A stretch of 63,938 nt of DNA, filler included, from Collodictyon triciliatum (Eukaryota): assembly GCA_043381765.1 (NCBI GenBank). It is 8 parts of 8 records of this genome, joined end to end, with 100 filler letters (N's around TTAATTAATTAA, not from the genome) between each part and the next. Parts side by side here need not be neighbours in the genome. Positions count along the whole stretch, not along the records: positions 52,279 to 54,809 come from JBHJMP010003192.1; positions 54,910 to 63,938 come from JBHJMP010003193.1; 6 more parts are not named here. One strand, given 5' to 3'. Shown here piece by piece: positions 53,085-63,938 of the stretch. Under the pieces are notes generated by a model, which saw only the letters and a list, made by a program, of their open reading frames with translations, made no database searches and was not told the DNA's origin. The translations under genes and the position numbers were made by a program. How positions within the stretch are numbered: position 1 is the first letter of the stretch; each line of letters opens with the position of its first letter.

Positions 53085-53539
53085 ATAAAGTCTGTTCGTT
53101 TTTTATCTGTTCTTTTTCTTTACCAGAAAACAATGAGCACGATACTTATTGATGGACAAGAACAGACCTTATGCCTGAGGTGTTTTATTCAGGCGTATGT
53201 CTCTGATGGCAACTCAATCGCTTATCTTCTCGGCAGTGGGTAATGACGAGGATAAGAGAGACAAGAACAGAGAATCAAAAGGGTGCAGGAGAGAGGAAGA
53301 GAGGCACGTGGCAATGAGGGAAATCGGGCGATGTTCTGAGCGGGCAAAGAAAAGAAAATAATGTGCCAAAGAAATGGAAGTAACAGATTGGCATCGGCAT
53401 GGTGAGGAGTCAAATTGGTTGCGATTTTCCTCCAAATGCACCATTCAAACACTCGCTTATTTTGTTATTTTAGAAGACTATGAGAAGCAATCACACGACA
53501 CGGGAGTCGTCTGTAGCGGGATGTGATGCACAAGAGGGA

Positions 53540-54762
53540 TTATGCATTCGGATTCTTTTTCTTCAGTACGTCACGGAAGTCCATCTGTTTGGTGTCTGCA
53601 GCCTCAGCTTTTGGCTGCACTGAGTCTCCCCCTGTCTTGCGGAGTTTGGCCTGATAAATTAATATGATTTTATCACCATTACTGATGCCACGAAGTGACA
53701 GCTCGAAGTGGCAAACAAATGCATATGACACCGATTTCTGTTTGTTGTCAACAAGAGGTAGGGCACCAAAGACGTCTACTTGGGATATGACACACACTAT
53801 TTCTCTTCTTGACAGTGCCAATATCAGCACGATGCTGAAGAGCTTCATTGCAAATGTCATACACTTACTTCAGCAGGGTTGAACATGGGCATCGGCCCTC
53901 CCGCGGGGCTTGGGCCGGCAAAGCTTCTTCGAACGGCGCTATTTCGTGCAGCCAATCCGTTGCTCTCAGGTCCATCTCCTTCAAGGAGTTTACAAAGATG
54001 TCAGATAGGTAACTCCGGCGGGGTAGGTTACGAGTAGCTTTGTAGCGAGAAGAGGCGAATGTTCTTCGTTCGAACTCATGTAGACTCACCTCCTGCGGGC
54101 CGGGCGACTGGAGGTGGAAGTTGGAACCCGCCGACTGGAATCCCAAAGCCCGGGCCTCTTGCAGGCGGTGCAGATGGGTCCTGAGCAGACACGGGAGCAA
54201 TTTAGCATTTGTTTCTAGTTGTTTCATATAGATGAATGTCTGTTTTTTGGCACATAAGCTGGTTGAGTTTACCGGTACAGTAAATGAGTCCTTCTCAGGA
54301 ATTATGAGCTCGTCGTCTTGTTGGATACGCTATGGTGAAATATGAACATCTTTGTGAAAATGTAGAGTATATGAATAAAGTAGGCGTTTTTTTTAAATAT
54401 TATATTTAGTTGCATCACTGTGGTAACAAAATTCCATGAATATCCAATAACCGATTCAATTCCTTTTCTGGTGGGTAAGCGCCTTGTGTTTGCTCTTGGT
54501 CTTCCTCTCGTCAGCTAAATGAATAAATTCATAGGTAAAAAATCATAGTTTCCGATAAAAATGTTTGCCATACCGCGCTTGTATATCTTCTTGGATATTA
54601 GAATGCTATTAGAGATTCATGATAGCATCGATGAATTATTATTTCTTTGGTGAGCACCATTCATTATACAAAAATATGCTTCTGTTTTGGCAGATAACAA
54701 ACCACGTCGAGTTGTGTTGTGTCCTTAACTTTTTCCAATAGATTTTCTTCCTCCTGTTCAAT
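53540..54762 (-). CDS. 3' end of an actin-regulatory protein with capping-protein-interaction (CPI) motif, Pro/Gly-rich region, LRKT and DFRxxL motifs (CARMIL/CapZIP-like); 5' truncated
   Basis: Spliced: IEQEEENLLEKVKDTTQLDV|LTRGRPRANTRRLPTRKGIES|RIQQDDELIIPEKDSFTVP|DPSAPPARGPGFGIPVGGFQLPPPVARPAG|GDGPES...GGPMPMFNPAE|AKLRKTGGDSVQPKAEAADTKQMDFRDVLKKKNPNA-TAA. Confidence 0.65.
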
Positions 54763-54909
54763 CTATGAGTAATTCAGCGGAATCGTAAGTATGCGTGTAA
54801 TTGCCTGCTNNNNNNNNNNNNNNNNNNNNNNNNNNNNNNNNNNNNNNNNNNNNTTAATTAATTAANNNNNNNNNNNNNNNNNNNNNNNNNNNNNNNNNNN
54901 NNNNNNNNN

Positions 54910-54978
<69 letters not shown>

Positions 54979-55229
54979 AAGAAAAAACAAAAAACAAAAT
55001 AATAATAAGAAAACGAAAACAAGAAAACAAAGAAAACAAAGAAAACAAAGAACAAAACAAAACAAAAAACAAAAAAACAAAGAACAAAACAAAACAAAAA
55101 ACAAAAAAACAAGAAAACAAAAAAAAAAACTGTTCTTGGATCGGAGAGTTGCGACAACTTTTGTTGCCATCATGGAGCATAGAAAGTAACAAAACGGTTT
55201 GGAGTAGAGATCTACCGATAATCCTCCCC

Positions 55230-58200
55230 ATGAGTCTCAACTTTGAGAAAGCCTTTCTGGATGTTTTCTGGGCGCTGGCCAAGGTCGATGGAGAGGTGCG
55301 CACGAAGGCTACGTTGAAATTGTTGAGGGCCGCGCAGGAGGAGCGAGATCAGCCCGCAGACGAGGAGCAGAAGGATCCAAGCAAACGCACGTACACTCTG
55401 CGGCGACTGGTCCGGGGCCTCGCCTCATCAAACGCGGCTGCCCGACAAGGCTTCGCCACCGCGCTTGTCCATCTCCTCCGCCAACACCCTGAAATCTCAA
55501 CGCAAACGGTCCTTGATCAGATCGAGTCCACGCTCACCGCCACGAGCTCTATTTCCAATCAGGTTTGAAGTCTTGACATTGCGCACAAATGTACGTATGG
55601 GAAACCATTTTTCCAAAAGCAAAAGGCACTTCCACAGCCGAGTGTGCAATACGTTCGAAAACTTCCATCGGGAGCCAGATATTGCATGATATTTAACCTC
55701 ATTCGTATAATGCAGGAGGCACGGGATATGTACTTCGGCCGAATAGTTTGCTACTACGCCTTGGTCGAAGCAAAGTAAACCAAATGAATAATGAAAGAAG
55801 AAACATAGCAAGGAAATAAGCACATATAAGAAATAGTTGAAGAAACGAGCATTCGATAGCGCGTTGTCTATCAATCTTGTGAGTTCCCCCGCCTTTGGTG
55901 GACATATGCTTATTTTTCTCAAGTATGCAATGATTCTTCAATTTAAACAGCCGCGTGGATGCCGTCGGAGCAAACCCAGAGAACAAAGAGCACATCGAAC
56001 GAATTGTCCAAGGTGATTTTTTCTTTTTTCCTTTTTATAAATTTTTGTCCGTTGATCGGTACTGATCTTAATAATTCGTTCATCATATACTCCTCACAAA
56101 TTTTAATCGCCTAAAAACATACCTCGGCACTTGCTAGATTTGAGGAAGCTTTCGAAGGAGAAATCCTTCAATTCGGATGCGTGCGAGGAGGTTATATTAC
56201 AAATTTGTAGACGTGTGAGTGTTTGATCGTTTAATCAAAATCTATTATACTAACAATATAAAAGAATAAATAGTCTGATAATCAATCATGATGAGTCTGA
56301 AGGGTTAGAACCAGCGCAAAATCGAATCACATATTTCCTTTACGCCCCACCAGGTGCCCTTCATCTTTTTTCAGAAACACATGATTAACGAATTCGAGTC
56401 GATCATCTCAACGCCCTTGGAAAAGATGAATGCACCACAACTCACAGTAGTTGTTGGTCTATGCAAAATCTACAAGGTTCCTAAAACAACTTACTATTCT
56501 TCTTACAAACCGTAATAATTGGATCGTGATTCCTTCGAGTTCTCAATACGACTGAATTAGGGACACGAAATCCCGTTTACTTTCGAAGGATCTCCTTTGT
56601 CCGAGCAAAACTTACCGCTTCTTGGAAATGCCATGAAGGTTGCATTTTACTTTATGTTGAATACTTACTCATCCATGACCATAATTGGGGTGTTTTTTTT
56701 TTTTTGAAATACATGATAGACCTGATGGTCAAAACCTAATTCCATGCTCCAAAAAGCACCTTGGGATTATTTTACATCCATACACCACATCAACACATGC
56801 CATTTTTTTGTACGTAGAAATCCACATATGTTCACCCAAAAGTCCACAACGTTTGGAATTATCTCGAAGAAGCCCTACTGTCAGAGTCACCAAAAATGCA
56901 TTCGGTAACACACGTACAATATTCCATTGTCCGTCAATACCTTAACCTTTGGCGATATACTGTCTTAAGTCAAACTTGCGCATTAAATTTCTATTTTTGT
57001 GAATGAAACGATCGAATTATAGGTGTCCAAAATTGACCATAAACTCTTTACTCGATTTTGGACTGTGGTCGAGGGTATAGACATGCGATTACTCTTTCAT
57101 CTTTATTTCATTCTTGTTCAAATCACTCTTGATAGCCTCTGGCAATTTTGAATCTATATGCATATTTTAACATTCTTTCTCTATGGTACAAAGGTGCCCT
57201 TCTCGAGAAAAACCTTGACCAACGACAATTTCTGCTTATTACTCTGTCGATGCGGTACATTGACCTCATCCAGCCATCGCTTTATCAGACAATCCTTTCC
57301 AAGCGGCTTATGCATCTCATCAGAATAAGTTTGGCCGAAGTTGAAGGGACCCTGCGCTCTGTTTCTCTTTCATTTGTATGTGGTAGTCATTATTTTATTT
57401 TTTTTAAAAAAAAAAAACTCTCAGCAGCATGCATGTCTAGGCATCCCTTTTTTCAACTTCCTAACATCTAGAAGAGAGGTTTTTTTCTCAACGTGATTTA
57501 TTAATCTGAACTAAGGTTGACAAACTTGTGGAAACAGCCCAGAAGCTACCTAAGGAGGTGGATAAGTCGGTACTCTATGACACCCTTTACAGTAAGTTGC
57601 CCATTCAACACCATGATAATAGTCAACAAGTAGATTAGCTATGCCTTTCTTGAAATGATCAAAATACTCTTTTGCTTTAATTAAGTAACAATTTCGCCGA
57701 AATTAGAGCTCATGGGAAAAACTACTCACCTTCCGATCGAAGTCCAAAACAACATTAGGTTGAAGTCATTTCCACATATTGTGTATTTTTCTTTGTTTTA
57801 TCTTAGTATCCTCTGCGCCTATTTAGAAAGCTTGAAAAGTATGAAGGAGTCCAAGATGCGAACAAGACAATCGATTCTCTGATACATGAATTTACCAACC
57901 CACCCAGCTCCTTCATAGGAAAAAAGTAAGCATTTCAATCTTTTTCCTTTCAATTTACCTGTAACTTTGAACACAGTACCCTTCCGGCTGTTACGTGGAT
58001 AAGTTTTAATTAGAAATTAATAATATACAAAAGGAATTTGACTCTCGCATTTAAAGCGCGACAAACAGGAATTCTCGATAGAATGTTCAACATCGCAAAG
58101 AGTAGCCTTGCGGCTGGAGTTGAAAAAACGTATGAATGGAAATCATGGAAGTCTTGTTTATGTTGCAAGCGCCTATCGTTCCCATGCTTGAAAACCTAAT

Positions 58201-59884
58201 GCATACTTATATCTGATATAGACACATGGACATCTGTCAGTTCTTTTTAGTCAATGCGTCGTTTTCCATAGAAAAATCAAAAGTCAAGCCCATTTCTAAG
58301 GTAACCTCGTTTATTTTTACATTAGATTTCATTTTAATTTAACTCTATTTATTTTGATATTTTTTTTTTGGTGAAGTGACGTTTAGAAATATCTCAACTT
58401 ACCATACTTTCCTCTCTGGTGGCTTGATCACCGCCCATCAGTTTGCCATGTCGGGCAAAGGATTTCCTGAAGTTAGAAGCATCCGTTCTGAAAGTCTCAC
58501 TAGACTTACTTCTATATTGGAGTCAGCGATGTGCCTGGGGTCATCAATTAACCAAATCACAAACGAACAACTGGTGAAAGATTCAAAAGGATTGCAGATG
58601 TATCTCGATCTTTACAAGTTCCTATGGTAAACCCCAATTACTCCAACTTCAACTTCCATACAGAACAAACAAAATTCAAATTTGGCTGCATCATAGTTGA
58701 TTTATACAAGTGTACTCGCATTAACACACAACGCAACCAATATGAAAAATAGCGAAATCGAATCAGAGGATGGTGTAGAGTACTCTCATGAACTTAAAAA
58801 GAAGCAGAAAACCATCCGAGCAGAGAATAAACTTTTGATTGAAAAGTTGGAGACTGAGGTGGGTCTGATGAAATCCTGATTCTTTTCAAATCTGAACAGA
58901 AAGCCTCATTCAATTTTTGTCAGAACTGATCTCAAGAATTGTTAAAAAAAAATAGATTCAGTCAGTCTCAGAGAGCAGTATTCAACGCCGAAATCAATTG
59001 GTCTCACTTCGTTTGTTCTTTATTGGCCTCCAATTCATGCAATTTACCGATGTCCGCGAAATGTCTGAAACATTACAGGTTAGACGCTGTCATGTTTCGC
59101 TTGCTTAATGCTACATCATGAAACATCTCTTTATAACCTAGCAGTTTGCCCAATAAAATATGAGTCAACCAACATTTTAAGAAAATTATAAATAAATTCA
59201 ATCCATGCTAAAGAGCTTCAACGAGTACATCAACCGGATGATTTTTTCCAGAGCCTCTCAGACACCGGGTTTTTTTTTTATCTCTTTCTGTTTCATCGCG
59301 TTCTTGTATGTATTCTGTTATGATTAACGGAGAAATGTTGCCATCTCATTCTCTTAATTTTGATTTATTCTAATTGATAAACCGTTCATGGTAATAACTA
59401 CAGAGGACGTAACCCAATCGATTAAGGTTTTTGTCTGCTAACATAGACCTATTTCAGAGTCATTCGACAAACTATACATAAGGAGTGAAGATCAAATATA
59501 ATTTTATTCAGTCGGGTTACCTTCCTGTTGTAGGTTTTCGCTGATAGTTTGCTCAGTGTGCTATTCCAGCCTTCACACTTTCTCCGTGACCTCGTAAATA
59601 TGGTATTAAATTCATTCCTAAACCAACGTGTTGAGATGGCGTTTAATTAATCCACACTTTGTCAGGTTTTCGTCTCTTCACTTCATGATATTGACATTCA
59701 AGCCATCTTTGTTTGTTTGGATGTATTTAAGCCTGGCGCAGAGAAGGAATTTGTTGGAAATGGTTGGTCTTGATAATATTTCACGGACAACCCAGAGCCC
59801 AGTATTTTTATCAGGTGTCAATGAAGAGTTTATCACTATTAGCAGGGGCAAGTAAGGACGAAGACGATGAAGACGGAGATGCTA

Positions 59885-59960
<76 letters not shown>

Positions 59961-62900
59961 CGACGATGAAGATGAAGATGAAGACGATGAGGTTTAGCAA
60001 CGAAACCCATAAATTCTTGTTATTTTACTGCAGTCTATTCTAACCCTAGCTCATGCTTAACCAGGGAGAAAAAAGCCTGAGCCACCTATTGCATGCAAGG
60101 CTTCACTATCCAATCTCTTTTATCCATGAAATAAGCCATTCCACTATATCATGTTGCTGAAGCCATCTGAAACCATTTCAGGGAAAGGCGATACTCAACT
60201 TTGAGAATAATTTTTCCCCTTAATTCATACAATTTTTTGAAAATAATCATGGTGTTTCTGAAATAGAGCAAAATTACAGCCAGAAAGGGAGACGAAAATA
60301 ATGACGACACTGATAGTGATGATAGCCAGCCTCCAATTCAGGATGGGGACCCAGAGCTCGAACAATACGACAAGAGTTTGGGTCAAATAGTGAAGTTAGT
60401 GATGGAAAAGAAAAAGAAGGTCGTGCAGGAGAAAAGTGTGTAATTTAATCAAACTTCAGACTCTTGATTCCCCCATTCCTATTCTATTTGATTGCCATCC
60501 GATTCATTTGATTATATTTTTTTTTTAATATTACGCGGAATTCAATGCCAACGATTAATACCATTTGCTTGCAGAGACAAAGCAGCAGTTTACTCAATTC
60601 AGACTTCGAGTTCTTGACCTGCTACAAAGCTTTTCAAGTATGACAAAGGAATATCGCCCTGTTTTGGTGATCGCAGACTTCTTGGTCAAATCCTTGACAA
60701 AAATTTCCAAACGAAACGACCAAATACAACTCTCTAGTCGAATTGTGACGTTGCTCAAGTCGTTACCAAAGCTAAGGTTTCTTTCTTTTCCATGACGAAC
60801 AAAACTAATCATGAAACTTTTTTGAAGATAAGATACGCTACACGTGTAGTAGTGTGATTTCCATGGATTCCTTTTCATAGTCGAGATTTTCGATGTCAAG
60901 ATTTTTTTTCATTCAAAGCCTACTCTCATCCAGAGCACTTCAGCCGTTGCCTTCTGATGTTCTAAAGTCCGAAAAGATTGTAGCCTCTTCACTGAAATTA
61001 ATGATATCCTCTCAAAGAAAAGAAATGGCGAGTGCTGTGGCATCTGCCATCCAGTTTATTCTCAAATCTTTCCAAAGGACCGCAGATGCTGTATGCATAC
61101 TTAACATAGTCATCATTTGTTGTAATCAAAATCCTCCCCTCCCTAATTGGGTTCTTATCGACTCTTATCTACAAGGCTGTCGACGGTTCCAATGTTATTG
61201 CAGCATTTACAACATCTCTAGAACAATATTCCAATATCAAAAATCAGAAGCTTCCGGTAACTTTCAACCATATAAGCATAAGTACATATCGCTCCACCAT
61301 CGCGAAAATTTAGACAAAATCTAAAATATGAACAATAGGTGAGCTCCTTTACTGCCATAGTCAAGCCTCTTCCGACCATTGCTATTCAGATTCTACCCAA
61401 TTTCCTGCATTGCATAAAGAATGCAAAGAAACATTTTGTTAAAACATCCTATGCGATGGCCGCATGTGAACTGTTCCAAGGGTGTAAATCTCAAATGGTA
61501 ATTGTTTCCTTCACTGCATGTATTTCCTTTGTGCCATCAGGAAAATGTTGATAGGCACATGTCCCATCAAAAATTATGGAAGGCTGGTTACATGCTGGGG
61601 TTAATTATCTCTCAATTTTGTGAAACATGTTTTCTTTCCCTTTTCAATATATGATCATTCTCCAAGCCATGTTTTTTCAATAATCAGTCACCGCTCATTT
61701 ATATAAAAGAATGTCGTATAATTGAAATGTGCATGCATCAATAGGATGAAGGACAACTAAAAGCAGCACTCGAAGGTCTAAGCTCCTCCTTCATCGATTC
61801 TCTCAAACTCTGCATTCGTGATGAATCTGTACAGCACACCTCTTTAAAGTAGGTCATCAGTTTTGAACACTTCCTTTCTATAAGGTAACTATACTCGCAG
61901 GTCGCGTTCACTCATATGTATCGTTCTTGACAGGAATGCCCTGATGATGATTAAGAATATTCAAAAAATCGCCCCGGTTGAAGTACTTTAAATTCCATCT
62001 TTTGTAAAGTGAATACACCAAATATAAAAATGATGGTTTATATCAAGTGTTAACTGTACTTCATACACCTAGAGCGCAGAGTATTTCTTTGATGAGGCGA
62101 TGACAAGGTTTTTTTCTTTTGATATAGAAATTACATAATTTTTTAATCGTAGACTATAATCTCTGTTGGTCCACCTATAATATGAATTAAAAAAAAAAAA
62201 AAGGAATACACTAAAATTATCAACTTCCGTGATTACAGCCTTTTAGAAGAAATCTCACAAAAGAAATTGAGCGGTAATCTGGGAGGAATCATTCAAAATT
62301 TAATCTATCATGATGAAGCGAAATCGAGGTAGTTACCATTTTGTTTCTTAAATGTGTGAAATATCTACTCTTTTTGTCAGGTCATTACAGTATCTCATTT
62401 CATGCCTTGTTATTAAGTAATCAAATGCCCCTTGGGCCGGCAATCTGACACGGTGGGTATTTAACTAAAAAGATAATATGTACTGCAGCCACCCAGTGAA
62501 GAAATTTAAATCATCTGAGCGAGAAATACCAGTAAATACGGGCAGTGCAGATAGCCCCGAAAAGAGTGCGCGAGAGAACAGTGTCGGCCAGAAGCGTAAA
62601 GTTGTCGAACAATCGCTGGCATCGAAAACGAAAGGAGAGGCTCTGATAAAACCAAAGAGTCCGAATGCTGCAGAAGTCAAAAGCTCTAATCCCATGGAGG
62701 TGGAGAGTTCAGGCGTTGATGGCCAATTCGTTGGGGCGGAGGGGGCTCTTGGTTCTGAGGTTTTGCATGAGGAAATTAAAATCGACTCCAATCTCCCTCC
62801 ATTGCCCAAAGCAAAGGCAACAAGAGGAAGAAAGCCGAAAGTTGAAAAACCAGAGAGCACCATTGAATCCGTGAGCCAAGCAACAGGTACTCAAGCGGTG

Positions 62901-63056
62901 GTTCAAGCTCAAGGCACACCCAAGTTGGATGGAACGCCGCAGATACCCGAATCGAAAGGCTCGAGTACACGAGCAAGACGATCTCAAAGTGTTGAGCTGG
63001 CAACACCCGTGCGACGCTCAGCCCGTCACTCGTCTGGCAAAGCTGGAGACCAATAA
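55230..63056 (+). CDS. MYBBP1A: Myb-binding protein 1A / DNA polymerase phi (Pol5) family nucleolar protein, ~30 exons
   Basis: MSLNFEKAFLDVFWALAKVDGEVRTKA...YTLRRLVRGLASSNAAARQGFATALVHLL...|EARDMYFGRI; HPKVHNVW; FWTVVEGALL; FADSLLSVLFQPSHFLRDLVNMVF; poly-Asp tract; QFRLRVLDLLQ; basic low-complexity tail. All are Pol5/MYBBP1A hallmarks. Confidence 0.92.
59885..59960 (+). repeat. (GAT)n coding repeat (poly-Asp in MYBBP1A)
   Basis: In-frame trinucleotide tract within exon. Confidence 0.9.
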
Positions 63057-63279
63057 AGCAAGCCGTGAAGGGTCTCAGTCTTACCAATATTTGCATAAAG
63101 TCCGTATTGTCTGTTGTTTTGTAACACTTTTTTCTCTTTTGCTTCTTGGCATTGGCCCTTTTCTCTCATTATTTCTTATCATCTTATCAGGTCGGTACTT
63201 GTGTGTTTTTATTGTCTTTGCTCAGGAAATTAATCAAGCGCAAATATGCTCTTGGTGGTGGTTTGCTTTCTTGGATATG

Positions 63280-63938
63280 CTATATCCATCCTTTTGATTT
63301 TGTGCGGCATGGTGGAGATGTTGGCTTTGGTTCGCTAGCCATCGTTTGTATGGCGCTACTTGTCGGCCGGGTGGCGGAGAAGTAGTCGGTACCCAGGATT
63401 GCATCCTGCGGTTTGGCCTGTGGCCTGGGTGTTACAAAGGTGTGTGGGGGCATGTGGCGAAAGCTATTGAGGAAAGAGATTTGTATGGTGTCATTCAGCC
63501 TGTTATCAGGAATGGGTGGCTGGTTGTTGAATCTTGCTTTGCGTGAGTATATGCGCGCTATCCACATAGTCCATAGCAAATGGCCATGCGTCACTGTCCA
63601 TAGTGTTTTTGCATCTGGACGCAGCTGTTGCAGAGGGCCAAATATCGTCTGGATTGGGCCGACAGTCGCAGCCGTCTTGAGTGTCAGTCGAAGAATCTCG
63701 CCGGCTGTTTTGCGCAGGTTTTGAGCGAAGGGACGTTGCACAAATGTGTGCTCCATGGATTCATCACCGTTGCTGCAAAGTGTGCATTATTGGGAGACTT
63801 TTTATTTTCTTCAAGACCGAGCTAATGTGTTTTCTTGCTTGCACTTATTTGCCAGGATAGTGCCTTCAGGGGAGCGAAGGATGAAGGCTGTATCGTCGGC
63901 ATATTGCAGGAGGAATTGGTTGCGGATTTTGTTGTTGT
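63280..63938 (-). mobile_element. degenerate, internally deleted non-LTR retrotransposon (L1/Tx1-like) ORF2 fragment
   Basis: Minus strand reads FLLQYADDTAFILRS (RT YADD, 63892-63903), then *CTLCSNGDESMEHTFVQRPF (CCHC knuckle, last C->R) and LLWTMWIARIYSRKARFNN (WxxWxxR...F motif of the LINE ORF2 C-terminus). Confidence 0.78.

Overview
Intron-rich, microsatellite-rich eukaryotic (protist) genomic DNA that reads in the standard genetic code. The window is not one locus. It contains eight sequence blocks joined by identical 100-nt spacers (44 N + TTAATTAATTAA + 44 N), which form seven units of about 9.03 kb each, so adjacency across spacers is mostly artificial. Splicing exons by eye (GT-AG, plus about three GC-AG introns) gives: WDR75/UTP17; a membrane-anchored Slob/PXK-type pseudokinase with polyproline and WH2; a WD40-TPR-STI1-like chimera; a compact AMBRA1-like WD40 protein; a protein with two tandem BAF-like domains; a RABEPK-like kelch protein; an intronless ~1320-aa internally duplicated multi-pass membrane protein; the 3' part of a P4-ATPase(flippase)-guanylyl cyclase fusion with inverted catalytic domains; the 3' end of an actin regulator with CPI and DFRxxL motifs; and MYBBP1A/Pol5. 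There are also degraded LINE, Ty1/copia and Tc1/mariner relics. The flippase-cyclase fusion suggests a SAR-supergroup organism (inference only). All family calls come from motif recognition by eye, with no database searches.
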